Positions 1-9,716 of a stretch of 45,753 nucleotides of DNA are shown here, piece by piece. The stretch covers positions 17,777-63,529 of the forward strand of contig CAZTRD010000004.1 in NCBI GenBank assembly GCA_964616145.1. The letters are read 5' to 3'. The notes below the pieces were generated by a model. That model saw only the letters and a program-made list of their open reading frames with translations. It was not told the DNA's origin and ran no database searches. How positions within the stretch are numbered: position 1 is the first letter of the stretch; every line of letters starts with the position of its first letter. The stretch comes from an uncultured Candidatus Saccharibacteria bacterium (lineage in GTDB: Bacteria > Patescibacteriota > Minisyncoccia > Minisyncoccales > PEYH01). The translations under genes and the position numbers were made by a program.

Positions 1-213
1 ACGCGTGAGCTTCGTCTTACTAGATTTAAGTATGGAGGATTTAGAGCGGAAGTATCTTTTAGTAGAAGTGTTTCCGGATGGCATAGAATCTCTCTTAAAG
101 ACTTTTATAAATGTTATTTAGAAGCTAAAGAAAGAAATGTTTTATTTCTAGTTTCTACATCCGAAGCAATAGAGAAAGAATTAAAAATGCAAGTAGCTGT
201 TGAGGGATTATAA
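1..213 (+). CDS. 3' end of hypothetical protein (5'-truncated), carries shared C-terminal tail ...EKELKMQVAVEGL
   Basis: Frame 1 open from base 1 to TAA 211-213, translated by hand; next ATG at 215. Confidence 0.75.
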   Translation, partial: TRELRLTRFKYGGFRAEVSFSRSVSGWHRISLKDFYKCYLEAKERNVLFLVSTSEAIEKELKMQVAVEGL

Positions 214-214
214 A

Positions 215-1174
215 ATGGGTAAACTAATTTTAAAAGATATAACCTGTGTACCGAATTCTGTATGCGATATAGTTAAACGTTTTTATCCGCACTCGATTGA
301 TGAACTAATTTTCGAAGGGGCTAAAAACAAACTTAAATTATTGAATAATACTCCTGTAGCTTATGCTTACGTTACTTTAAAAGAAGAGAAGATAGATCCT
401 GTAAATTATTGGAGGATGTCGAACGAAGAGAGGGAAAGAAAAACTAAATATATATTTTTAATAACAGGAGATTTTGTAGTAAAGAAAACTCGTTTTTGTA
501 ATATTAAAATTCACTTTCGTTCGTACTCGCATAGTGATAGTCTATTTATTAGACTTTGGGGACATTCTACAAATATATTATACGAAGGTTTAGAATATAA
601 TTTTAAACGACTTTTAAAGACAGACGGTCCTGAAGTTGTATATCAATTCTACGATAAGGATATTTATTGGAATATAATACCTAAAATGGATGCTGTTAAA
701 AATATTTTAGCCGATTTTATTGTAGGATATTCTAGATTTACTAGATGGAGTAATGTAGAAAATATAGAAACTTTTTTTAATAAAGAAGTTTATGATGCAA
801 ACTTATATCTTGCTAAACGATTTATAGTTTCTAGATTTAAAAACGAAAATCTTAGAATAGATGAATTTAATTTATATATAACTACTGATGGTTTAGGAAA
901 TAAAGTTATGAAAAATACATGTGGTTTAAAAAGAAGTGCAACCAGGTGTATTTTAGATCCTCTACAAAATATCTTAAGATTTAAAGAAAATGCGGAGCAT
1001 AAGTTTGTAGTTGAAAACGAAGATGCTATAAGATCAAATAAAGTACTAAAAAATTTTTTTTTAGAGTCTTACTACACTACAGCTCTTATCCCCTATATGT
1101 ATTCTGAAAAAATTCCTTTAACAGATAGAGTACTATCTGAACTGGTGAGTCAAAGAACTTTGGAGATTTTGTAA
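215..1174 (+). CDS. hypothetical protein with shared C-terminal tail (...SQRTLEIL)
   Basis: ORF track 200..1174; in-frame ATG at 215 directly after the upstream stop is the likelier start. Confidence 0.8.
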   Translation: MGKLILKDITCVPNSVCDIVKRFYPHSIDELIFEGAKNKLKLLNNTPVAYAYVTLKEEKIDPVNYWRMSNEERERKTKYIFLITGDFVVKKTRFCNIKIHFRSYSHSDSLFIRLWGHSTNILYEGLEYNFKRLLKTDGPEVVYQFYDKDIYWNIIPKMDAVKNILADFIVGYSRFTRWSNVENIETFFNKEVYDANLYLAKRFIVSRFKNENLRIDEFNLYITTDGLGNKVMKNTCGLKRSATRCILDPLQNILRFKENAEHKFVVENEDAIRSNKVLKNFFLESYYTTALIPYMYSEKIPLTDRVLSELVSQRTLEIL

Positions 1175-1175
1175 A

Positions 1176-1586
1176 ATGAGTGTGCAGTACTATCGCAAAT
1201 TTTCTAAATACAGAGCACGGAAAAATCCTAATATTGATGTGCTGGCAGAATTTGTGATGCCCTGCACTCTAAGTGTTACGGATGATATTGTTTTTATGAT
1301 AAAAACAATAGATATTTGTAGGAGGAAAAAAGATAATCACTTCGTTATATTTGATACTCGTTATAAGCTGGATTGTGCTACCAGACGTTTTAATAAATAT
1401 ATAAGTTCAGCCACAGATAATCTACATACTATTAGTACTCAATATGGATGGCTGTTAGACCAAAAATTTACCGCTAAACTAATACGCGCTGGATTGCTTA
1501 TATCTTTATGTAAAGCTGTAGATAAAGATAAGTTACTAAAAATAATGCAGGAAATAAAAGCATGTATAACTGCCTCTCTTCTGTAA
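1176..1586 (+). CDS. hypothetical protein with shared C-terminal tail (...KACITASLL)
   Basis: 136-aa ORF tightly packed between neighbours. Confidence 0.8.
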   Translation: MSVQYYRKFSKYRARKNPNIDVLAEFVMPCTLSVTDDIVFMIKTIDICRRKKDNHFVIFDTRYKLDCATRRFNKYISSATDNLHTISTQYGWLLDQKFTAKLIRAGLLISLCKAVDKDKLLKIMQEIKACITASLL

Positions 1587-1595
1587 GGAACTTAA

Positions 1596-2876
1596 ATGAC
1601 TACATCCGAACTTTTACCTATATTACAAAAGATGGTTGATGAACTTAGAGGAACATCGTCAATTTTATCTAAGAAAGATATTTTAAAGAAATATGCGAAT
1701 TTAAAAGACATTTTATATCTGATATATAATCCTTACCATCAATTCTATGTAACATCAAAACAATTGGCAGGTAAGTCCATAATTCCCGGATATACAGATT
1801 TAGAAGTTTTGTTAAAAGATTTACGTACACGTAAAATTACAGGACACGCTGCTGCCGGAGCGATTAATGGTTTAATCGCATTACATCCTAATTATACAGA
1901 ATTGATTTGTAGTATTTTAGATAAGGATCTGCAGGTGCGTATAAATTCAGCAACTATAAATAGTGTTTGGGAAGATCTGATTCCAACATTTAAAGTGGCT
2001 CTCGCTAATTCTTACGCTAAGGTTGATCCTGATTTTAGGAAAGAAGTTTGGTATGCTAGCCGTAAGATGGACGGATTAAGATTAATAACTAAGATAGATG
2101 CTGAAGGAGAGTGTTCATTCTTTTCTAGGAAGGGAAAGGAATTACATACTTTAAATATTTTAGAGCAAGCTGTAAAAGAATTAAATCTTAGGAACACTGT
2201 CTTAGACGGCGAGCTTTGCAATATAAACTCAGAAGGTGTGGAAGACTTTCAAAGTATTATGAAGGAGGTTCATAAACTTAAACACACTATAGAAAATCCA
2301 CATTATTTGATATTCGATATCTTATCTACGGAGGAATTTGAAAACAGTATAAGTAAGGGTAATTATTTAGATAAAAGAATGTCTCTCTTAAAATCTCTTA
2401 TAAAAGATAATAATAAGTTTCTTAAGAGAGTTAAACAGACTAGAGTACGTTCTATAGCACATGTAGTAAGAATGCAGGATATGGCTATAGCTCAGGGATG
2501 GGAGGGTTTAATCCTTAGGAAGAATACTGAATACGAAGGAAAAAGAAGTAACAATATGCTTAAGGTTAAACAGTTTTTTGACGATGAATTCGAAGTCAAG
2601 AAACTGGAAAATCATATCATCCCCGTAACTGATGGTTCTAGCATAACTCCTGAAGATATGTTGGGAGCTGTAGAGATAGAATATAAAGGATATACTGTAA
2701 GAGTTGGTAGTGGGTTTTCTCTAGACCAGAGACGTCTCTACTACAAGTATCCTGAAAAGCTTTTAGGAGCTACAATAACAGTGCAGTATTTTGCTGAATC
2801 CCGGGATCAGGATGGAAACCTGTCCTTACGTTTCCCCACTGTTAAAGCAATATATGAAAGTGGAAGAGATGTTTAG
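1596..2876 (+). CDS. lig: ATP-dependent DNA ligase
   Basis: KMDG adenylation motif, LDGEL, FDIL, EGLILR, KVK, VGSGFS and LRFP motifs; AAGGA RBS. Confidence 0.96.
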   Translation: MTTSELLPILQKMVDELRGTSSILSKKDILKKYANLKDILYLIYNPYHQFYVTSKQLAGKSIIPGYTDLEVLLKDLRTRKITGHAAAGAINGLIALHPNYTELICSILDKDLQVRINSATINSVWEDLIPTFKVALANSYAKVDPDFRKEVWYASRKMDGLRLITKIDAEGECSFFSRKGKELHTLNILEQAVKELNLRNTVLDGELCNINSEGVEDFQSIMKEVHKLKHTIENPHYLIFDILSTEEFENSISKGNYLDKRMSLLKSLIKDNNKFLKRVKQTRVRSIAHVVRMQDMAIAQGWEGLILRKNTEYEGKRSNNMLKVKQFFDDEFEVKKLENHIIPVTDGSSITPEDMLGAVEIEYKGYTVRVGSGFSLDQRRLYYKYPEKLLGATITVQYFAESRDQDGNLSLRFPTVKAIYESGRDV

Positions 2877-2932
2877 ATTGTAATATATATATATAATATA
2901 ATTATATTAACATATTAATAACTATAAGTTAC
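2877..2932. promoter_or_regulatory. extremely AT-rich intergenic tract upstream of the polymerase (possible promoter or unwinding element)
   Basis: TAATATATATATATAATATAATTATATTAACATATTAATAACTATAA is almost purely A/T and contains TATAAT. Confidence 0.35.
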
Positions 2933-2954
2933 TGTTTTGTTAATGGAGATATCT

Positions 2955-4659
2955 GTGAGTGAATTGGTAGTTGAAATAGCTGATAATGCTTATAAGATAA
3001 AATATTGGGTTCCAGAAATGTCTCTTAACGAGCCGGGGAATGAGACCTTTGTCGGTGTCGATACAGAGACGGAGGAGATAATCCCTGGAGCCCTAACTAT
3101 TCCTGTTATACTACAGGTTTGTTACCCATCGCAAAGATTAGTGCATATTATAAAAGCCGAACATATGCAGACATATTTGGAAAGAATGTTAGCAAAAAAT
3201 CCTTCTCTAGAATTAATATTCCATTCAGCCCCCTTCGACTTAAATGTTTTAGGTTTTTCTAAAGAGCATATCCTATTTAAACATTTGGAAAAAGGAAAGA
3301 TAATAGATATAAGTATTCGTTATATTTTAACAGCTTTGGATGTTGGTTCTTATATAAACACATATAATTTAGCATTTATATCTAAAGAAATTTTAGGTGA
3401 AAATCTAGATAAAGGTGCCGGAGTTAGACTAACATTTAAGGCTTTTGGAGAACTTACTGATAATCATTTAGTTTATGCTGCTACGGATGCCATAGTCACT
3501 GCTCTGCTTAGAGCAGCTCTACCAGTTAAACAGGCAACAGAGGATTGGCAGCTTAAGGGATATATAGCTTTAAATAATATTTCAGATAATGGGATGTTGG
3601 TTGATAAAGAATATGTGGTGGCTTTAAGAAATAAGTTGAACGAAAGGAAAGATACTCACTTAGAAATACTTAATACTTTTGGATGGTATCCGGGACTTAG
3701 TGGGAATAATGCTGTATTGCAGGAAGTGTTGGCAAATATGGAAGATAGGATTGGAGTTAAGTTCCCGAAGACTCCGAAGAATAAGGAGATAAGTCTTACA
3801 GACGAACTCCTACAATCTTTCGAAGGAAATGTCCATCCTTTTATAACAGCTTATAAAGAATATAAGCATATAGAAAAGCTTATAGAAACATATTTAGGAG
3901 ATGATCTTATTGGTGTGGATGGGAGAGTTCATCCACATTTCAATCCTTTAGTGCTTACTGGCCGGACATCCTGCGCTCGTCCGAATCTTCAAAATATACC
4001 AAAAGGAGATGATATAAGAGGGATATATACAGCCCCTCCTAAAAACTATCTACTATCAGTAGATTATTCGCAGCTAGAACTGTGCGCTTTAGCCGAACAC
4101 TGTTTAAAATATTTTGGACAGTCTAAGATGGCAGAACTTATTAATGCTGATATAGATTTACATAGTTGGTTTGGAGATGAGATTATAAAAGCTGAAGGTA
4201 AAGATCCTTTAAATTGTACTGAGGAAGATCGTAAGTTCCACAGGCAACTTGCAAAATCTTGCGGGTTCGGTTACCCAGGGGGTTTAGGCCCCGATACATT
4301 TACATCCTTTGCTAAAGGATATGGTTTGAATATAGATAGGGATAAGGCTTTGGAACTTAAGAAGATTTGGCTGAATACATTCCCAGAAATGACACAGCAT
4401 CTAAGACCTAAGTTAGATATTATGTGGACGGAAAACTATATAAAAAGATTTATATACAAACATATGAAAGAGTTTAAGAATCAAAAAGAAGCTTCTAGGA
4501 TAGTTAAATTAGAAGAGTTGGATTGGTTTTTAGAGAACGAAGGGCGTTCCCCAAGAGAAAGAGATGGAGCTCGCTTTTCAGTTCAGATGTATATGGCAAA
4601 TACTGTTACAGGTAGAGTTAAAAGAAACTGCACATACTGCGCTGCCTGCAACTATCCGT
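2955..4659 (+). CDS. polA: family A DNA polymerase, exon 1 (3'-5' exonuclease plus polymerase motifs A and B)
   Basis: DTETE, FDL and YAATDA exo motifs; TGRTS, NLQNIP, DYSQLE, RQLAK..FG; homology stops at CNYP; GTG 2955 follows a GGAG RBS (track start 2937). Confidence 0.93.
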
Positions 4660-5590
4660 CAAATGAGGCGGATATAAAATGGGGTGAATTCGGAGAAAGT
4701 CTTTGACAAATCATCTTGTAACAAGTAATTTATTACTAGGTGATGATAACTCCGAGCCAAGTTTTAGTGGAAACACTTTAAAAGGCGTAACGACTAGTCG
4801 TCAGTTCTATGAAGACAAGACGGCCACGAGCGCCCCACACCAAATGGTGATGATATAGTCTGAACTATTACATTTGTCAAGAAGTGATATACGATGATTG
4901 GTAAAGAACAAAAGTTAAAGTTAAATCGTGAGCGTAATGTACGTTATCGTGCGAAGCTAACCCCTGCTCAAAAACAAGCGAAATATTTAAAAGATAGAGT
5001 TAGGTTACTGGAACAACGTAAACAACGAATATCTCAAAATGATGTCTTGTTGACAGAAGATAAACGTATATGTTCAAGATGTTTTAAGAAAAAAAGTTTG
5101 TCTGAATTTTCCACCAAAGGGATATGCAAAAGTAAATACACAGATATGTGTGATATCTGTAGGATAAAGATTTATAAATCGGAAGCATACACACCTATAT
5201 TTATGACAGAGACTTGGTGGAGAAAAAAAGCGTATTGTGCGAATTCTTGTTTTATGCAGCGAATTAAACGGATAAAGATAGGAAACATTACCAATACTTT
5301 TAAAAAAGTATCTGGGCCAGATGTATTGCAATTATACACTAAGCAATCTGCTAAGTGTGTATATTGTGATAAAGATCTTTCTGACGGGATGTTCCAAATT
5401 GATCACATAACTCCACTTAGTAAACAAGGGACACATTCTATTGAAAATCTTCAATTATTATGTATTGAATGCAATCGTTTAAAACATACGACTACAGACA
5501 CGGAATTTCGTTCTTTATTGAAAGATTATTATCGTAGATTATCTCAAGTAATAGAACATGAGGATAAAGAACCTCATGGATAACAAATTG
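4660..5590 (+). mobile_element. group I self-splicing intron in the DNA polymerase gene
   Basis: P1 TATCCGT^C/GGCGGATA with U:G at the 5' splice site; GACTA (~4792) and GATATAGTCT (~4852) P7 strands; terminal G at 5590; splicing restores NYPFQGLAAD. Confidence 0.93.
4894..5583 (+). CDS. intron-encoded HNH homing endonuclease
   Basis: CVYC...IDHITPLSKQGTHSIENLQLLCIECNRLK HNH motif; N-terminal CxxC pairs; lies inside the intron. Confidence 0.92.
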   Translation: MIGKEQKLKLNRERNVRYRAKLTPAQKQAKYLKDRVRLLEQRKQRISQNDVLLTEDKRICSRCFKKKSLSEFSTKGICKSKYTDMCDICRIKIYKSEAYTPIFMTETWWRKKAYCANSCFMQRIKRIKIGNITNTFKKVSGPDVLQLYTKQSAKCVYCDKDLSDGMFQIDHITPLSKQGTHSIENLQLLCIECNRLKHTTTDTEFRSLLKDYYRRLSQVIEHEDKEPHG

Positions 5591-5952
5591 TTCAAGGACT
5601 AGCGGCTGATGGCGGAAAGATAGCTTTATGGTTATTATACATAAATGGTTATAAAGTAATTAATTATATACATGATGAAGTCATTATAGAACTTACGGAA
5701 GAACAGAATACTAAAGAAACTATGAAACATATTTCACAACTGATGATTGAAGGAATGTCTATAGCTATACCGGATGTCAAAATCAAAGTCAATCCTGCTT
5801 TGATGAGAAGATGGTATAAGGAAGCTGAAGCTATATATGATAGTGCTGGAGAATTATTGGAGTGGAATCCTGAAATAATTGAAAAGTGGAAGTTGGGCGA
5901 AGTGAAATTATATAAAAAGGATGGAAAGGAAATGATATATGAAACGGAATAA
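5591..5952 (+). CDS. polA: family A DNA polymerase, exon 2 (motif C)
   Basis: (F)QGLAADGGK...INYIHDEVI; in frame with track ORF 5722..5952. Confidence 0.92.
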
Positions 5953-5972
5953 AGAATTAAAGATACTTTCAG

Positions 5973-5991
5973 AAAGTGCACAAAAGTGCAC
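5973..5991. promoter_or_regulatory. AAAGTGCACAAAAGTGCAC motif, copy 1 (putative protein-binding site)
   Basis: Identical 19-mer at 37592-37610; both copies intergenic. Confidence 0.5.
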
Positions 5992-6041
5992 CTTAAGTAA
6001 GATAACACTCAACAACCTACTTTATAAATGGAGAACTGATT

Positions 6042-7202
6042 ATGAGTAAGTCTATGTTTAGACCTATGTATCAGAGAACAAACTCGATGAGAATGAATGA
6101 AAATAGTGTGTGTAAAGAAGATTCGGGATATATCTGGATTGATAACAGATTGAAGTCCGGAGAAGTATTTACTGAAATACGTATATTGCCTGTAATAGAT
6201 GAAGATGGTGATGAGCTTATAGCTCTAAATCCTGATGGTGGCGCCGCTGCAGATCAGATCCCGGCAACCTTAGGAGCCTGGACGGCCTGCATGGAAATAG
6301 CTTCGATATGGAAGAATGGTAAAAGAACATTTGTTTCTGCGGTGCAGGAGCATGATGATGATGGGGATAAAGCTCCTAACGGATATACTCCGATTATGAA
6401 GTTTATGTCTCGCATAGGCTATAAAATCTATGAACAGATAAAGAAACAGGAATTAGGTTTACCTATAGATATTCCAGAGCACTGGGTTGCTTGGAAGACT
6501 AATGGGACTATTTCCAAACCTCAAAACATGTACATAGTAAGAGCCTTAACCAATTATGTTAATGGGGAATCTGTTAAGGATTCTATGGGTAAATCTGAAT
6601 GGGTTCCGGGAGTGTTTGCTATACCGAAATCTGCTGAAGAGAAATTCATTCAGGATATCTGCACACGTTTGGATGCGACTGAACCTCTAGATTTGGGAAA
6701 TAATGAATTTGGTGATTTCTGCAGCTGTGCTGGAGGAGTTACTTTAAGATTAAAAAGATATGATAAGATGAAAGATAATAATAAAAGGACATTTACTGCA
6801 TATAGTTTGAATAGAGGTAGACCTATGCCTCTAGAACTCGAAAATGTTCGTAATATAGTTAAACCGTGGGATGATATTTTATATACTCCGACGGTAAATA
6901 AATGTATGGAAATATTGTGTGACTTATTTGAACCTTCGGCAATAGATTATGCCTTTAGAGGTTCTGCTTATGTAAAATATGTGCCTGAATCCATTTTAGG
7001 AGCCTCGGCAGAAATTACAGAGGCTGGAGATGTTCGTAAGCTCGGTGGAAATGTAGACGATGCGGAAACGTATAAACCTGCAGAGAAAGAAGAGTCCCGC
7101 CGGACTGAACATATTCCTTCCGATATGGATCAGGATAGTTTTGAGGATGTTGCTTCCAAACTTAGGAAGCAAGTACGTAAAACTGCTAGTTTAGTAGAAT
7201 AA
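6042..7202 (+). CDS. probable single-stranded DNA-binding protein (gp32-like)
   Basis: N-terminal EIRILP motif, acidic C-terminal region, position between pol and recA; GGAG RBS. Confidence 0.55.
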   Translation: MSKSMFRPMYQRTNSMRMNENSVCKEDSGYIWIDNRLKSGEVFTEIRILPVIDEDGDELIALNPDGGAAADQIPATLGAWTACMEIASIWKNGKRTFVSAVQEHDDDGDKAPNGYTPIMKFMSRIGYKIYEQIKKQELGLPIDIPEHWVAWKTNGTISKPQNMYIVRALTNYVNGESVKDSMGKSEWVPGVFAIPKSAEEKFIQDICTRLDATEPLDLGNNEFGDFCSCAGGVTLRLKRYDKMKDNNKRTFTAYSLNRGRPMPLELENVRNIVKPWDDILYTPTVNKCMEILCDLFEPSAIDYAFRGSAYVKYVPESILGASAEITEAGDVRKLGGNVDDAETYKPAEKEESRRTEHIPSDMDQDSFEDVASKLRKQVRKTASLVE

Positions 7203-7209
7203 GGATCCT

Positions 7210-7280
7210 GGGGGACTTGTATTAGGAATGTACTTTAGATACATATGTACAATCTCCGTATACAAACTCCCCCTTATTTT
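7210..7280 (+). terminator. long intergenic hairpin followed by a T-rich tract
   Basis: GGGGGA-C-TTGTAT ... ATACAA-AC-TCCCCC then TTATTTT. Confidence 0.5.
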
Positions 7281-7284
7281 TAAT

Positions 7285-8559
7285 ATGATTAGAAGAAAGA
7301 AACAAAGTTCTACAGTATTCGATCCTGGGCAGCTTTCTATCCAACTTAGAGAGAATGCTACTAAAGCTTATCCAGACAACATAGTTTCACAGAAGGATTT
7401 ATTGGACTCCGTATACGGAGTATCTCTAGAAAACAACATCCCTCTCCAATATGTTTTAGGAGTAGATGTTTTAGCTTTAGGTAGATGTATGAGTTTGGTT
7501 GGAAGTTGGGGATCTTCAAAATCTTCTTTAGGATGGTATATAGCTAAGATGTTTTTGGAAATAGGTGGTTTAGTTGTTGGAATAGATACCGAACATAAAC
7601 AGAATCCAGATCAGGTACGTGCTATAATAGATAATGATGTTTTATTTGAAAGAATTATATACAGCAAAGCAGATAGTTTAGATCAAATGTTAGATTTTAT
7701 GTTTTTCTGGACTAAGGAGTACGAAAGACTTATTCCCGATAAGAATGTACCGATGTTGATTTTGGTAGATAGTTTGAATGCAGTAACATCTGAAAAAGCT
7801 GGTGAAGAGAGAATGGCTGGCTCTGAAACTACTGGATATTCTGCGGCTAGGAATGCTGGTGAAATAAGTGATGCCATGAAGTCTTTCGTTCCTAAATGTT
7901 TGGACAGAAATCCTATATTAGCTGTTATTATCAACCACCAAAAAATTGATATATCCAAGATGGTGATGCCGGGAAGAGCTGCCCCAACGCATGAGCCTGG
8001 AGGAGTTCATAAAGATTTTGCGTATACTTGGAAATTGGAATTGAAGAAGGCTGAAACTCGTAAATCTGTGTACGGAGAGATTCCGTATTTTAAGATTAAG
8101 GGAGGTAAATCTTCTTTAGGTGTACAAAAGAAGTATGCAATTTCAGTTCCGTATAAAAGTAGTTACGCAGACGATTTGGAACATATTCACTACGATTGGG
8201 ATGAGTCTTTAGCTGATCTCCTAACTAGTGATGCGGTATCTTCTACATTACTAAAAGATATAATGCATTTAACTAAGGCCGGAAATAAGTATACAAGTAA
8301 GACTCTGAATTTGGAAGGAGTTACTGCTTCTGAAATAGGTAGAGCAATACATGCTGATAAAGAATTATCCAAAAGAATTAAAGAAGATTTGCTGCATATA
8401 CGTATTAAAAGAAAATTTGGAGGTATAGATGATACCGACTCCGGAAGCGAAGGAACTTCTAAACCAGCGTCTGCAGAGAATATCGAAGGAAATGCAGAAC
8501 CAGGAAGTACTATTATCGAACCGCTCGACGAATATGTTGAAGAGGAAAATGGCGGTTAG
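7285..8559 (+). CDS. recA: RecA/UvsX-like recombinase
   Basis: Walker A variant GSWGSSKS, IDTEH, ILVDSL, IINHQ, PGG; ATG 7285 preferred because track start 7228 lies inside the hairpin. Confidence 0.85.
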   Translation: MIRRKKQSSTVFDPGQLSIQLRENATKAYPDNIVSQKDLLDSVYGVSLENNIPLQYVLGVDVLALGRCMSLVGSWGSSKSSLGWYIAKMFLEIGGLVVGIDTEHKQNPDQVRAIIDNDVLFERIIYSKADSLDQMLDFMFFWTKEYERLIPDKNVPMLILVDSLNAVTSEKAGEERMAGSETTGYSAARNAGEISDAMKSFVPKCLDRNPILAVIINHQKIDISKMVMPGRAAPTHEPGGVHKDFAYTWKLELKKAETRKSVYGEIPYFKIKGGKSSLGVQKKYAISVPYKSSYADDLEHIHYDWDESLADLLTSDAVSSTLLKDIMHLTKAGNKYTSKTLNLEGVTASEIGRAIHADKELSKRIKEDLLHIRIKRKFGGIDDTDSGSEGTSKPASAENIEGNAEPGSTIIEPLDEYVEEENGG

Positions 8560-8965
8560 AGTGATTGAGAAGTTGGCTCCGATTATAGAAATGACTCCGC
8601 AAGAAAAGTATAGTTTGAAAACTGAAGAGGATCCTATAGCGGCTTTGAGAGAGAAATACGAATTTTCTATCTTAAGTTCCTTATATGTGAGTACAGAAAA
8701 ACTAGATGCTTTAAAAGTATTGAAAGGTGTTTACAAGGAATCAGCTGTTTGGAAAGAATTCAAAACATTATTGAAAACATATGAATCTCCGGTTTTAGTA
8801 TTTAATCTTAAGGGAATGGGTTTAGTTGTATTAACACGATTTCCCAAAGATAACCCTAAGGCGGGGGATGTAAGAATTAAAATAAATGCAAAAGAAACTG
8901 CGGAAGACGCATATATTGTTCCATTTTCTTCTTATTTGGAGTTTTTAAAAGTATATGACGATTGA
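8549..8965 (+). CDS. hypothetical protein
   Basis: Track ORF 8429..8965; start moved to reduce overlap with recA. Confidence 0.7.
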   Translation: MAVRVIEKLAPIIEMTPQEKYSLKTEEDPIAALREKYEFSILSSLYVSTEKLDALKVLKGVYKESAVWKEFKTLLKTYESPVLVFNLKGMGLVVLTRFPKDNPKAGDVRIKINAKETAEDAYIVPFSSYLEFLKVYDD

Positions 8966-9716
8966 GAAAAACGATACAATAATTGAGAAAAACGATCAAA
9001 TACTAGATATTTCCGAACTAGATCCTGTAACAACGGATTTGGAAGCACCGGTTCCAAAAGCACGTAAAGAATGTATAGATGAGATATGTAATAATTTTAG
9101 TTCATCCTTTCGATATTCTGCCATCAAGTTTTGGAGAATCGGTTACATTATATCCGAGCTCCAAAAAAGAGGTGAGAAGAATGTAGTTGAAGAATTGATG
9201 GATAAAGAAGGATACGAAAAAAGATATATTCAATATACGATGGCAGTATATAAGGTTATGCCGGATCCAGAAGAGGTTAAGAAATTATGTGTAAAGGGTA
9301 TGAGGTGGACGCATTTTAGACATTTAGCGTCCATAAAACAACCTGAAGACAGAAAACAGATTTCAGACAAAGTGTTGGATGGATCCCTTGATCCTATAGA
9401 TGTTCCAACAGCTGTGCAGAATTTGAAGCAGAGTAAAGCTCCTCCTACGAAACCAATTACTATTACCCCCGCAGCTTTTGTAGAAAAATTTACTGCTGCT
9501 GTAACTTTTCTTGAAAACGAATTGAATGCTCTAGAAATAGATTACGAAAATATGATGAATCTAGCTGCGGATGAAGATAAAACGTCTTCAGCTGATTTTG
9601 ATAGATTTAAAGCGGCCGCTAAGGATGCTAAACAAACTTTGGATAGAGTCTCTACAAAACTTAAGTTTGTTGCAGAGCGTCTATATAAAGATGTTTTAGA
9701 AGAAGAGGATGATTGA
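8955..9716 (+). CDS. hypothetical helical protein, N-half resembles DUF1016 N-terminal-like DNA-binding domains
   Basis: FWRIGYII...RWTHFRHLAS pattern; coiled-coil C-half. Confidence 0.5.
   Translation: MTIEKNDTIIEKNDQILDISELDPVTTDLEAPVPKARKECIDEICNNFSSSFRYSAIKFWRIGYIISELQKRGEKNVVEELMDKEGYEKRYIQYTMAVYKVMPDPEEVKKLCVKGMRWTHFRHLASIKQPEDRKQISDKVLDGSLDPIDVPTAVQNLKQSKAPPTKPITITPAAFVEKFTAAVTFLENELNALEIDYENMMNLAADEDKTSSADFDRFKAAAKDAKQTLDRVSTKLKFVAERLYKDVLEEEDD

Noticed and set aside
7501-7530. RecA Walker A lacking the Gly before Lys (GSWGSSKS) as a sign of inactivation
   Set aside because: Phage UvsX-type recombinases also deviate at this position, and the Lys-Ser, catalytic Glu and Walker B are retained.
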